Below, piece after piece: positions 12,041 to 25,897 of a stretch of DNA of 64,000 nucleotides (position 1 is its first letter; each line of letters begins with the position of its first letter). Below the pieces are notes generated by a model. The model worked only from the letters and a program-made list of their open reading frames with translations. It was not told the DNA's origin and made no database searches. Source of the stretch: Azolla caroliniana. Taxonomy: Eukaryota; Plantae; Polypodiophyta. The translations under genes were made by a program, and so were the position numbers. The stretch is taken from assembly GCA_043228905.1 (NCBI GenBank), contig JBHGNT010000020.1:9548001-9612000 (forward strand). Reading direction: 5' to 3'.

Positions 12041-15000
12041 ACAGGAAGAAAACTCTCGGAGCAAAACATGTACGAACAGGTCCGGATGGGGCATCTACGT
12101 ACACGACCGTAACCGGAGGATTGAAGAAAGGATACCGACAAGTGGAGGATAAGTTGCGGTCGGCATCAATAATAAAAGAAGATGAAGAAATCGTGGGGAT
12201 AGTCGAAGAAGTGTTCTATGGGAGCACGCTACAACGACTTGAAGAACTTGCGGAAGATAAAAGCCAAGGGAACCGGGTAGTCCCGGTGGAATCGGTCGAG
12301 ATGTACGAGATCATTGCGAAAATGGAGCCGGATACGCTCCGCAAAGAAGAAGCAATGGTAAGTACGAAATACAAGACCATGGAGAAGAAGGTGAAACCGG
12401 CCGCGGGACCACTACCCGTCGATAGCGAACAAAAGAGGAAAGAAGTCTCGGGAGATCCGACACTTCGGAAGACCGTGGATATCGGACATGCCTTCACGGA
12501 TGAGACCCGGAAGAAACTTCGGATCGGTGGAGGTGGGTTCCTATTACAAAAAGAAGAAGAACGGTTTCGCGAGATGTTGGAGCAATACGGCAAAGCATTT
12601 GCATTTACATCAAGGGAGATAGGGTGCGTCGATCCGAGAACAGTGGAGCTGATGGTGATCTTCACGATTGACCATGTACCGTGGAACCTGAAGCCGATTC
12701 CGGTGCCACGAGCGCATATTCCGAAAGTCATTGACTTGCTCAAGGAGAAGGTGGCGATGGGGATTCTAGAGCCATCAACTGCTCCGTACTCAAATCGATG
12801 GTTTACGGTTCCGAAGAAGAATGGGTCACTCCGATTTATCCAAGACTTGCAACCGGTGAATAAGGTCACGATCCGGAACTCGGGAGTCGGTCCGATAGTG
12901 GACGAATTTGCGGAAGCTTTTGCCGGTCGTGCGATATACTCCATCGGAGACCTATACTCGGGGTATGACCAATTCCAACTAGCCGTGGAGAGTCGAGACA
13001 TCACAACCATGCGAACACCGATAGGATTAGTCCGAATGTGCACACTACCACAAGGAGCGACAAACTCGGTTGCTCATATGATGAACGCGATGAACAAGGT
13101 GCTTCGAGACTGCATTCCGGAGATAACGATGCCGTTCCTCGATGACATTCCGATGAAAGGATGCGCGGTAGAAGAAAAAGATGAGACTATGGATGATCGG
13201 GGATGCCGAAAGTTCGTGGTCGACCATATTCATGATTGCGAGAAAGTGTTGCGAAAGCTAGAAGATGTGCACCTAACACTTTCCGGGGAGAAATCGGCAT
13301 TCGGGCAAGAAGAAATATTGGTGGTCGGACATCTATGTGGGCCCTACGGCCGAAGACCGTCACCAACAAAGATCGATGCGATTCAAGCTATGGAGGAAGT
13401 ATGCGAGTCAACATCCGAAGTCCGAAGGTTTCTCGGTGCATGTGCATTCTATCACATATGGATTCCGCACTATGCACATATAGCGGATCCACTCTACCAC
13501 TTGTTGCGGAAAGGTAAGAAATTCGAATGGAAACCAGAACACACCAAAGCCATGAAGAAATTGAAGAAGACACTTCGGAGGGCGGAAGCACTTAAGAAAC
13601 CGAGCTATGACCGACCGATCATAGTAACGGTTGATACAAGTCCAACCGGTATCGGGTGGGTCATCAATCAAGCCGACTCGGATGGTTCGCGGTATCCGAT
13701 CCGATTCGGAGCAAAGGTTCTCAACGAAAGGCAACGTGGATATGCGCAAGTCAAAAGAGAACTGTGGGGAGTCGTGTTGGCGATAAAATCGGATCGGGAT
13801 TATTTGATCGGAGCCGAAGTGGTGATCGAGACGGATTGTCTTCTGATACTCGGGATGATGCGGTGTTGTACGATACCGGATGTAGCTATGCTAAGGTGGG
13901 TTACATATGTCAAGTCGCTTAATCCGGAGGTTCGACACATCTCGGGGAAGGACAACGCGGTAGCGGATATGTTATCAAGGGCTCGGTTCGGAGACGACAT
14001 AACCGAATTGGATAATGAAGAAGTTTCCGAAGACTACTTCGCGTCGGAGCACATATGCCGAGTAAACGTAATCCGGGAATTCCGGGAAGAAGAATACGAG
14101 GGAGAAAGCTTGATGATCGGGAAGATGTTACAAGAGGCCGAGGATTCAACAAACGATAAAGGAAGAAGAGCCGAGATCCGAAGGAAGAAGAGACAAGTCC
14201 AAAAGTTCTTCTTGGAAAACGGATTAATATGGAGGGCGCCGAAAAGACCGGATGGTATACCACTTCGAGTAGTTGGGACAAAAGAGCAACGAAACCGGAT
14301 AATGTCCGAGTTTCACGAATCCGATTGGGCTGGACACCGAGGAACATGGGCAACATTTGTGAAGATCAAGCAAAAATATTGGTGGAAGAAAATGTACAAA
14401 GATGTCGCGGAGTTCACGGAAAGCTGCGAGAAATGTCAAGTCTACTCCGGGGTTCGACATCGAGATGAGTTACATCCGACATTCTCACCGACAATCAACT
14501 TCAAGTGGATGGTTGACATAGTGGCCATGCCGATCGGGATCGGACAAAAGAAATACTTGGTATTAGCTCGGGAAGATCTCACGAATCAAGTAGAAGGTCG
14601 AGCGCTTCAGAGGAAAACGTGTTCCGCGGTATGCCAATTTCTTTTGGAGGAAGTATTTTGCAGGTACAGGTGCGTAGGACAAGTGATTGCGGACCGGGGA
14701 GAACTCGACTCGGACAAAGCTAGGGGATTCTTCGCTAAACACGGAGTTCGGTTATCGCTGACAACGGCATACAATCCGGAGGCCAACGGGAAAATCGAAT
14801 GAGGACATAGTCCGATCGTGAAAGCACTTGCGAAGGCATGCGATGGAAAGGTGAAGGACTGGCCGCAGATGCTTCTGTATGCACTATGGGCGGATCGGAC
14901 GACGCATAGTTCCATAACTGGTTACATGCCGGCAGAACTCATGACCGGACAAGCACCGGTAATGCCGACGGAAACCGCGATCGCAACATGGACAGTGCTA

Positions 15001-15618
15001 CCGTGGAAGGAAGAGATGAGCCGGGAAGAACTACTAGCGGTCCGGATACGACAACTAGAGGGAAGACCGGCAGACATAGCGGAAGCAATACGCCGACAAC
15101 AAGAAGCACGATTAAGGAACAAAAGCCGGTTCGACACAAAGCACCGACTACGACCGAGGAGGATTGAAGAAGGAGATTGGGTGATCGTCTATGACAGTAG
15201 TTTGGACCATCAACATACAACGATGCGGAAATTCGCGAAAAGGTGGTTCGGGCCATACGAGGTTCAGAAAGTCTTCGACAACGGAACGTACCGACTGTCC
15301 GAGTTGGATGGAACAATACTACGAGTGCCTATAGCCGGGAAGCGGGTGAAGATTTTCAAGAAGCGGACCGACGACAAACCCTATGTGATCCAAGCCAAGG
15401 CCGACAACGAGGAGCAATCGGACGAAGACCACGGTGATGCGGGAAGCGAAGAAAGTGAATTACAACTCATAGTCGACATAAGGGGAGAATCGGAGGAAGC
15501 TTTGGGTGAAGACGGATATGGGGGATCGAGAACTTCGGCACATACCGGAGGATGTGCGGGTTCGGAGGGGGCGAATGTCGTAGTGTATTCCACACACTAC
15601 GTGAAAACCATAAAATAA
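11983..15618 (+). pseudogene. pol: Pol (RT-RNaseH-integrase) with one premature stop (CGA>TGA at 14800-14802)
   Basis: LPQG..PFLDD (RT), VDTSPTGIG (RH), H-H-C-C, DRGE, YNPEANGKIE, WFGPY; copy 2 has Arg at the stop. Confidence 0.93.
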
Positions 15619-16005
15619 TATATCCGATTTTAGATACATATAAATAAATAAATAATATATCAAAAGAATTTATCACGTGCATAGGGCAGGATTTGAACCA
15701 TGCACCTCCACATAGATAAACCCCAACTTTACCATTGTAATAATTTATCCTTAGTATTATAAATATAGAGTTAATACGTATAAGACCTTTATTTACACAT
15801 ACCTTTATTAAAAGGTAAAAATCATGTATTCTTTAGAGTGTGAATATTTTATTTACACGTGCCATTAAAAGTGACTCATGCACGTCTAGCGTGCATGAGC
15901 CCTATATTTAGGAAATGACAAAGCATCACATGCACATTTAGTGTGCATGGACACTTTAGGTGAAAAAGCATCACATGCACATTTAGTGTGCATGGACACT
16001 TTAGG

Positions 16006-18303
16006 ATCTCGCATTCGTCCTTCATCGTGGACATGGCCTCCACCTTCGCCGGAGACAGTATCCGGACGTAAGGCCCGCACAAGTGCCCGACTACTAGGAT
16101 CTCCGACTACCCGAAAGCTGACTTCTCTCTGGAGAAGGTGAGCCGCGCGCTCTCAAGCCTTTGTAGCACCTTCTCAGAATCTTTCATGTGGTCCGCAACA
16201 AACCTTCGGCAACCGTCCGATGCAACCGACTCATCCTTATCTTCCACCGGACATCCCTTTATCGATATGTCGTCCAAAATGGCATGGTGATGTCTGGGAT
16301 GCAGTGCCTTAGCACTTTGTTCATAGCGTTCACCATGTGCGCCACCGAGTTGGTCCCTCCTTGCGACAAGGTACACATCCACACTAGGCCGAGAGGAGTC
16401 CGCATCATCGTAATATCCTTGCTCTCCACGGCTAGTTGGAACTAGTTCTACCCCAAGTATAGATCCTTGACCGAATAGATCGACCTTCCGGCGAAGGCCT
16501 TTGCAAACTCGTCAATGGTCGGCCCAATACCTGTATTTCGAATGGTCACTTTATTGACCAATTGCAGGTCCTGAATGAAGCACAACGTGCCGTTCTTCTT
16601 TGGCACCGTAAACCACCGGTTCGAATATGGGGCACTCGACGGCTCGAGGATGCCCAACTCCACCTTCTATTTCAGCGGCTTTACCAACTCCAGGATGTGA
16701 GCTCTAGGTACCGGAATTAGCTTGAGATTCCACAACACATGAGGTACCGTGAAGATCACCATTGGTTCCACGATCGTCGGGTCCACGCACCCGATCTCCC
16801 CCGGCGTGAACGCGAAGGCCTTCCCGTGCCTTCCGAGCATTCCCTGAAACCTCTCCTCCTCCACCGGTAGTAGGAAGCCACCCCAACCGACCTTGAGCTC
16901 CCGTAGCATTATGTCGGTGAACCGGTGTCCTATGCCGGCTGGATTCCGCAAACTTGGGTCCCACATGACCCCTTTTATTCATTCCTCACTGCCCTCCGGC
17001 AAGGGTGTCGCGACTGGCCTCACCTTCCAGTCCACAGTCTTGTACCTTGTATCCACGCAGGCCGTCCGATCCGACCTGACCCTTTCCCCGAAGTCGGCAA
17101 TGACTTCGTACATTCCCACCGAGTTAACCAGAATCATGCGGTCTTCACTAAGGCCTTCTTCGACCACCTTCCCGATTTCCCTGAGGGTGTCGTCGAAAGA
17201 GACCGCCTCCATGGCGCCACTAATTTCCTCATCGGGGTCGAGGACTCCGCATGTCCTGAGTGGTTCCTCTACCCGCTTCTTCTCCCAGCCAATGATGTCG
17301 GCTATTGTACAACCTCCGCTTACGGAGAACCAAAAATCCCTACCCATGGTACAAGTGTGGGGATCCTCCGGGGTGTTTGGACTATCGCAGCCCCACGCCT
17401 TGATAGCCCTCTCTAAAAATCCCCTTGTTCGCCGCTGCCGAGGGTTTCGCGGTTCCGCTCATGGTTCCGTCGTACGGTCAGGAATTGGACGGAGTGCCGT
17501 CCATCTTGGCTCTTTACGCGCGCGTATGCCGAACCATTATCCAGCACCCTTGTCACCATATGCGCCGCCGTAATATACGGCTCGCTAAGTATCACCGGCG
17601 TGCACCCATCCATTCCATAGGTACACCACATTACCCCTGAGGGCTTCGGCAAACTCCACGCAGTCTCGCCGACTGTGTCTGACCGCGTCACACCACATAC
17701 ACCGTTGTCCAGCCGGTGACCTTCGGTCGTGTGGCTGCCCTCCACTGTCTCTCCGAGCCTGCGCGATCTACAGGTCGCGTACCATTTGTGTCAGCTCCTC
17801 AAGAGCCGCTCCCCCGAATGGGCCCTTAACCGCTCCGGTCAACGTTGGCCCAGTTTCAAGCCAATCCTGGGTTTCCTCCTTTCGTGCCAACGAAGGCTCG
17901 TCGAACTTCCTTGCCGGGGCGGGTCCCGTCGCCGACGACTTCTCGTCGCCCCACTCTCGCCGTTTGTCGAAGTGGCTGCAAACCCCCTTGACCGTGGCCC
18001 AGTCAGTCGTCCGCCCATCATCTGTCTCCAGCAGGAGACCCACTTGGTCCCTATCCCGCACGTCCAACGATTTGACGAACAACAGGACACGGCTCGTGTC
18101 CAACACGGTCTTGTTCAACGTTGAGAGCCGTGCGAAGCGTTCTTCGAACTCCCGGAGGAGCGCCGACGCATTCCTCCCCTTTCCGGGGGTTTCCACCCAA
18201 TACATGAATTCCCACTTCGATAACCAAAGCACTCCATCAAGCCCGTACCTTTCGAGGAGCCGTGCTTCGAATTCTCCCCAGGTCCGGCATCCAGCAAGGA
18301 AGT
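16006..18303 (-). mobile_element. Diverged, degenerate Phygy-like fragment (copy 3; partial gag, PR end, RT)
   Basis: PYSNRWFTVPKKNG and VQFLTV..GDF* homologous to copy 1; deletion between zinc knuckle and protease end; frameshift signal at ~17360-17422. Confidence 0.9.
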
Positions 18304-18309
18304 GGGCTC

Positions 18310-21300
18310 CTTTTGGGCAAAAAACACACGTATCTCACCGAATAAAAAAGATGTATGTAGACAACGTATAAGTCGGGGTAGGTACCAGATTCACCCAAGA
18401 CACTTCTTGAAGATGACTGAGGTTATTCAATTTTTAATCTATTTGGTTTTAAATATTTTGTTGTTTACTAAATGCTTCTATTAATGTTACCTATTTATTG
18501 AGTGATGTAGGTTGAATTGTTCATGAACTTCAAAGACCAACATCCTAGCATCAATCTTGGATTTTGCAAGTTCCACGGTTTGAAACCATTTTTTGTTAGA
18601 AAGTTAAAGGAGAGGAACACATGTTTGTTGTGTGTACCACATTAAAATGGACATGTTAAGGCTTGGCGTGAACAATATGCGTACTGATTCTAAGGCTATA
18701 CATGGGGATGGGTGTGTTTGCACTTGTGAGGTATGTAGACCAAATGGGAGTGGTAATAGATGTAATGCGCAAAACATGACCTATGCAACAGTTTCTGAGT
18801 TATGGAGGTCTTTTGTTTGCGAAAAACAACCATCATCTGAGTGGCATAATCGTACATGTCTTGTCAAAACATGTAAGGTTTGCCCACAACCGTTATTTTG
18901 TAGACAGGAGGTTGACGTGGATAACTGTCATATTCTGAAATGGAAATATTTAGAGTATATGACAGAAAATATAGGCAAGGGTCTCGTTAGTAAGCGTATC
19001 AAGGAAGTATATAAGGAGACATGTGTTGCTACCCTTGTCTCAGAGTTTAAGAAGCAACTTGAGGAGTTCATTCTACATAACTTTAGGAGTTATTGGCAAA
19101 ATTCACAGTTCAAGGAATGTATAAATAACTTACCACCGGATGTTTTGGTATATGTTTTTGACTTTGTAGAGAACTATACAATTAAAGTTCAAAATGAGGT
19201 TCAGCCAATGTATTGGTACAATGACCAATGTACAATACTTGTACATATTTGCTATTGGAGAAAAGATGGTGAGTTACATAAAAAATCGATATTCTATATT
19301 TTAGATGATAAAAAGCATGATACACTATTTGTTCAACATTGTTTTAAGCTTCACCACGCAAATTTATTGTCCTTGGTTGTTAACTTTTATCGCCATTGGG
19401 TCTAGTCTGATGGTGTTGCCTCGCAATTTAAGGCGGCTTGGTCCTTCTACTTCATTGCAAGGTAAGGAAATAATCCATATGATTGGTACTTATAACTGGA
19501 AGTCTATTTTGGTAATACTTCATAGTACATCATCTATTGCTCGAGTTTCCTACCAGTACGAATATTATATGAACAGTCATAAAAAATGTTTGTATAAAAT
19601 ACAATTAGTAATTCTCCTACTACATGCACTAGTACTGTCTTGAAATGTTTGTATAAAATGCAATTAGTAATTCTCCTACTACATGCACCAGTACTGACTT
19701 GAAATGTTTGTACTATCTTGAAATGTTTGTACTAATTATGGTGTAAGTCTTGTATGTATGGTTCAAAGCCTTGAAAAGTATCCTTATTTTACAACTTAGT
19801 AGTATCATCCCACATGCACAAGTATTGACTACGGTTCAACGCCTTGTAAAGTACCCTTATTTTACAACTTAGTACTATCATCCCACATGCACAAGTACTG
19901 ACTATGTTTTACAACTTAGTACTCGGATCCCGCATTCACAAGTACTAATTGATAACTTTGTGGTGTCATCCCACAGGCAGGAGTACTAATTTGTAACTTA
20001 GCATTGTCCTCTATCGTGCATTAGTACTAATGAATAACTTAGTTCTATCTTCTTTCGGTCATTACTACTCGTTTATAACTTTGTTCATTAGTACTAACTT
20101 TGTTCAGTAGTACTAATTAGGATGAGTCTCTCTAGTGCATTAGTATTAAATAATAACTTAGTATTGTCCAACTTTGTTCATTAACACAAGTTTATAACTT
20201 ATGATTGTCATGGCCCATTAGTACAAACATTCGTACTAATTATTAGCATGAGAACTATCCAACTATGTTCATTACTACTAATTATTAACTTAGTACTGTC
20301 CAACTTTATTCATTAAGACCAAGTTATAACTTAGGACTGTCCTCTCTCATGCATTAGTACTAATCAATAGCTTAGTACTATTCTCTCTCGTTCATTTCTT
20401 TTAATTTATAACTTAGTATTGTCCTCTCTCGTGCATTAGTGGAAATTTGGTTTAAGTCATGTTAAGAGATGTAAGCTCCAGTAATGCACTAACTTTGTTT
20501 GTTGGCTAACTGTCATGCAAAACACCCAGATACTTCTCATTGACAAACATTAGGATGCAATGGAACTACTTTGGGCCTGGACATGGAAAAGGAGAGCACG
20601 ATGGCGCGGGGGTTGTGATCAAGCGTGCTCTTACAAGTGAACAGTTGGAAAATAAAGGTGCGAAGTTACAAAATGCACATGATGTTGTGGAGTGGCTGAT
20701 ATGGAAGATGTCAGATGATGGTAAGAATAGATTGTTTATTGAGGTTGGTGCTAATGTGGTGGATAGGAGTAAATCATATGGTTGTAAAACTGTGAAAGGG
20801 ACGCGCAAGACCCATTGTGTTTTAGGTTTAGTCACAGGGACACAACACAATTGTTATTCCGTAGTTTATCGTGCTTTTGTTCCATGTATTTAGATGAAGC
20901 TGGGATGAATGCACCAATCTATCAATTGTGGAGCCATGGAAGCTACAGAAACTTGAGATTGAACAATGTGTGGATATCCAGGAAGACGAACATGTAGACA
21001 ATATTGTATACTACAACCAATGTGAGGACTTGGAAGTATTATTGGAAGTTGGAGATCATTTTGCAGTACTCAAATCTCCTCAAAATGAAGATTTTGAAGA
21101 CTACCACATTGTGGTGTGCAAGCAAGGAAATACTATATTGGAAGAAGTCGTGAGGGACGGTTGGGGCAACATGTTCAACGTTGGTGAGTGTGTCGTGTAT
21201 GGCAACTACTATGCAAAGTTACCACAATGCAAGAACACGTATGCATTATTAAAAGATGCACCCACTGCAATAATCTATGTTGACGCTGTCATCGCAATCA

Positions 21301-21413
21301 AGTTCACTATGAGTCAAGCAAAGCACAAGGTTAAGGGATACAAAACTGTCTACAAGGTCCCCAAAGAGGTTCACGAACACATATTGGGGGAGGTCTCCCT
21401 CTTTAATTCTTAG
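18310..21413 (+). pseudogene. Sola2-like DDD transposase, intron-containing (introns ~18422-18510 and 19462-20529)
   Basis: F..LKPFFV...RNTCxCxxH; DFVENY..VQNEVQ..YW; DDKKHD; W*SDG..SQFK; WNYFGPGHGKGEHDGAG..IKR. GT-AG splice at 19461/20530 rebuilds AR|YFSL in frame. Stop at 19403-19405 and frameshifts. Confidence 0.85.
19590..20440. repeat. Degenerate tandem array rich in the AGTACT palindrome (transposase intron)
   Basis: About 13 exact AGTACT plus AGTATT/TGTACT variants in ~1 kb. Confidence 0.85.
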
Positions 21414-22099
21414 AATGGCAAGCATTGTTCATATGTAACATTCGCATGTCTTGTAAACTCTGGCCTACAAATGAATGGAAATATATCATCTTTGGTTTTC
21501 TTATGAGTTTGCAATGACAAAGCTCTTAATCTCGGTGTTTTGTTTAGATATGTATGTACTAAAACTATGTTAAGTGTTTCCTAACCTAGAGATATCTAAG
21601 ATAGGAGCATTCATTCCACACATGTTTCTAGTGTGTGGTACACTCATGAGGGTGTGGTTGACTAGATGAGGGAACAGATTGAACATGTTAATTGTTAGTA
21701 CTAATACAATGGTTCGTTCAAGTATACATATCATGTTCATATGCATTAAAATATAGTACTTATATTGTGCTAAGTGTTTACTAACCTAGACATATCCAAG
21801 ACAGGAGTGTCGTATGTGTCCATAACAAGCGTCAATGTCATATGTGTGCATAAGAAGTGCCATTCTTACTAAGATGAGACCTCAAATAGTATCAAATTCA
21901 CGTTCTTACAAATATATGTATCAAAGTTAGTACATCGCATATCAAGTTGGTACTAAATTAGTCACTAAGATGAGTACTCAAATAGTATCAAGTTCAAATT
22001 CAGGATAAGTAAACCAAAACAGTGTCAAGAAGTAGTTAATCAAAACTTGCTCATACGGTAATCAATTACAAACAACGATCTAAATACAAAAAACTTTGT

Positions 22100-25000
22100 T
22101 TTTAGTTTTTTCTAGATCTTGTAATGTGCCTATTTTTTGTTACACTCTTCTTAGATTTCACACCCTTCTTCTTCATCATCTTAAAGCCACGAGGTAGTAG
22201 ACTACTGAGTGGCAATTCATCATCACGGGGGGGGGGGGGGGGGCAAGCTTGAGGGAACCTTGTGCTCTACTACAACTTCCTGAGACGCACACACTTCCAA
22301 GAAGATCTTGTCGATAGTATTAGCATTAATCTGCTCTTCATGGGTAGAACCGGTGTTCTGCAGTAACACGGTATTCGTAGTACAAACGTGTTCCTCTTCT
22401 TGGGTGGTTTCCATATTCATTGCAAACTCCTCGTGGTTGAAGCTAGACACCTGGTTCTTTGTACAGTCTTGTTCCAAGTGCAGGCTACTTGCAGTTTTTT
22501 GGTAAGACATGTGATTCGTGGTACCACCTTGTTCCTCTTCTTGGGTGGTAGCTACAATCTCCTTAATGATTTATTCTTGCCCCATGTTTACGGTACTGTC
22601 AAAATTCTTCAGCTCCTCTTCTTGGGTGATTTCACATTCCTCATGTGTGGTGTTATCTGAGTCTAAAAAATCAAGATTGCTCCATAGACTGCTTGAATCA
22701 TTTGATGCTATTTGGGAATCTCCATGTTCTTCTATTCCTAAATAACAAGAACAATATCAATTCACATTCTTACAAAGTGAAGGAACCTAGCCATATCAAT
22801 TAACATACTAGATTAAGGGACAATCGTTTACCTATTGTTACATCTCCATCCAGGACTTTTGAAGATGAGTCTTTGCAGATGATTGTGTTTGTCATGTGTT
22901 GCAATACCTGGTTTGCATTGGTATTGCACTCGTCATTATTGCTTGGGATGGTACCAGTCTCAGGTTGGGGCTTTGAATCATGCCAAGATTTTACATCACT
23001 TTCTATATATTAATAGACCAAAACAATTATTGTCGCTTGGGTGATATGGTCAAAATAACTATTATATAAGAGGGTTCACAACATGTACTTGCGAGGACGA
23101 TAAATTCTTCTTCATGTTGTGGCTCTGAATCGGTATCTCCATTTTCATTAATCGTTTCTTCCTTGTCTAACAACAAAAGCACGTGGTCTTAGTCTAACTC
23201 ATTAACTTTACAGCTCTCAAAGTTTGTGAGAATTTGTATGACCCACCACTACAATGAACTCTGCATTTCTTCCCCTTTCCATACAATTTCCTTGCAGCAT
23301 TACGCTTCTTCGTAGGCTCTTTGATAGAAACATAAGAAATTAGAAGTATAGAAACAATGCATTATTAATAGTTCACACACAATTAGCATTACCGTTCACA
23401 CAATCAAGGGGAGCCGAGCTAGGAGAATTTGTTTGAAGCAACACGTCTTCAATTGTTCCAATGGCCTTTCTCATACGTTCATCTTCATCATAAATTTCCT
23501 CAGTTACCACTAAGGAATGACCATGGACTTTGGAATTTGCAACAGACTCTGTACGTAGTAGTGCGGGGGCTGGTTGGTTAGTTACCTTCCCTGGTGTGGT
23601 GTTGCTTGATACTACAACATTCATATTATAATCGTACATTAGTTCTAACATGACGACAATGTTACAAATATTATTAGTACTGAATCAAGTGGACATTTAA
23701 GACCTTCAGTACTAAAAAATCAATCTTGTTCCAATTGATCACCAAGGAATATGCATGTAATAGTAATATTAGTACTAAAACAACAAAGAGGAACTTGAGG
23801 ACACAATACAGAACCATTTGGACATGCTGTTGATATTTGTTCGGTACTAAACAAAAGACCTGCATGCCTATTTGTTCAGTCATCCAGAGCCTATTTGTTC
23901 GGTTCTCCTATTTGTTAGTACACATACAAGTGATACAACTAAACATTTAAGATGTTCAATACTAAATAATCAGTACTGAATCAACTCAACACCAAAGGAT
24001 ACAATATAATCAGTAAGTTAGTACTAAAACATCAATCAAGGAACTTGAGAGAACATTACTGAACCACCTGGACACAAAACGTACAATGTAATGGACAATG
24101 TTAGTACTTATACAAGTTATACAACCAATAAATTAAGACATTCAGTACTAAATAATCAGTACTGAATCAACTGATCACCAAGGAATACAATGTAATCAGT
24201 AATGTTAGTACTGAATCCTCCAACAAGGAACTTGAGGGCACATTACACAACCACCTGGACATGCATATTTCATGTAATGAACAATGTTAGTAATAAAAAA
24301 CCTAGACCTTCATGCCTATTTGTTCGGTCATCCAGAGCCTAAGCCAAGTCGACACAAAAAGTACAATGTAATAAATAATGTTAGTGCACATGCAAGTTAT
24401 ACAACTAAACATTTAAGATCCTCAGTACTAAATAAGATTCACATTGTCAATTGATCACCAAGGAATACAATGTAATCAGTAATGTTAGTATTGAATCATG
24501 TAAAAATGATCACCAAGGAATAGTACTCATGGGTATAAGACCAGAACCAAATGTTAAAATTATAAAAGCATAGTATAAAAATTACATATGTTCTTAATCA
24601 CATACCATAGGAATGTACTTTCAAACCTCAAGTTAAGTATTATTCGGCGCCAACTGTACTTTTACAGTGTAAACATATATTTTCTTTCTCAAAATGGTAC
24701 TTAGCGCATAAACAATGATATGTGTGCAAGCATGGTGTAATGATAGCATCCATGGCCTCAAACTTGAATCCAAGGCCACAGAATACACACCTTCAAATAC
24801 GAGAAACAACATACACTATATTAGCAACGATGATATTTTATACAATAGAAGGTCAACTTGTAAAAATATAAACCATTACCTTGATACAATAATTCTTGTA
24901 ATGGTATTTTCATTGCAAGTGGGATGCTCAACTACTTCTAGCCATAGAGGATCTAAACCTTTATCTTTTAGTCCCTTCATCAAACATGTCAGGTTCTCAG

Positions 25001-25897
25001 AGTGACTTTTTAAGGCTGATAACTTATCATCAATTTTAGAACGAGATGACCTCCATGTCTCCAGATCTTTCTTCTGTTTTCCTAGTTCAGTGCCCATATT
25101 TGTCAGCTCCTTCTTCAACTCCTCTTTCAACACATCGCTTTCAGAATGTTGGATTGTTGTTGTTATCCATTCGTATGTATTCGATATAGATGTGAATTGT
25201 TTCTCTGCCGCCATCTCACTAGATGAAACTTCTTCCAAATCGTTGAGCAACACTTGCATTCTTGTTTGCATGGAAGCTATGCAACGCAACAATCGTTGTT
25301 CATGCTTTTCTATCAATGTAGCTCTTTCTTTTGCAATCTGTTTAGTCAATACAAATGTCCTAGCTAGTATTTCAATGTGAGAGGTACCCTCAAACTTCAT
25401 AGTAGTGTTGGTACTTGAGGACCCTCTATAATGTGATGATCGATGATGAGCAAAATCTTCCCAATCAACTTCAATGCCACCATGGAGTTCACATGCAAAT
25501 GCACGTGCAAAAACAATTCCTACCTCATTGTTTAGGATATGTTTTGTATCATAAACTTGTTCATATCGTGACTTTAGTTCAGTGATATAATCCTTCTTCA
25601 ATTGAGTGAGGTGAAAACCTCTCCTTGTCTTCGGTTGTGATGAGCCCCATGTTTTGATCATCCACATGTCTACGTCTTCATAAGTGTCAGGTCGTGCATG
25701 AAGGAAATATCCCCATCCTAACTTTCTACCTCAAAGGATGTTTGTGAACATCTTCTTGCCCTGAGATGTTGACAACTTAAACCTCCCTCTAGTGGGGGTC
25801 ATCTTACTTTTTTTGATGGGGTCCTTTTTCTTTCCTTGCATGGTGTGTTGACATTTTCTTTGACCATTTTCGTCTTCGTGGGTGTCTTCCTTGTCAT
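22100..25897 (-). pseudogene. Multi-exon accessory gene of unknown function (helical domain, coiled coil, acidic TQEEE repeats, poly-Pro, basic tail)
   Basis: ORFs 24876-25667, 23373-23651, 22223-22510; candidate splice sites at 24880, 23644, 23393, ~23166, ~23090, ~23003, ~22908, ~22737; ATG at 25897. Exon phases not fully resolved. Confidence 0.65.
23660..24530. repeat. Degenerate AGTACT-rich tandem array in an accessory-gene intron
   Basis: About 11 AGTACT; repeated GATCACCAAGGAATA and CATGCCTATTTGTTC blocks. Confidence 0.85.

Larger units (their letters stand above)
9200..16005 (+). mobile_element. Ty3/gypsy non-chromovirus (Phygy-like) copy 1; 3' LTR truncated
   Basis: 5' LTR 9200-9904 (705 bp, TGTCG..CGACA), PBS 9909-9926, PPT ~15564-15575, 3' LTR 15576-16005; domain order gag-PR-RT-RH-INT, no chromodomain. 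Lineage name is an inference. Confidence 0.95.

Noticed and set aside
12216-13043. 275-aa antisense ORF present in both copies
   Set aside because: Shadow of the RT frame; the copies are too similar to show selection.
15576-15618. Pol read-through into the LTR as a CRM-like targeting domain
   Set aside because: Only 14 codons, and copy 4 stops at 63314, before its LTR.
18632-21413. CACTA, MULE or KDZ transposase, or a host gene
   Set aside because: The motif set fits Sola2, and no CACTA ends were seen.
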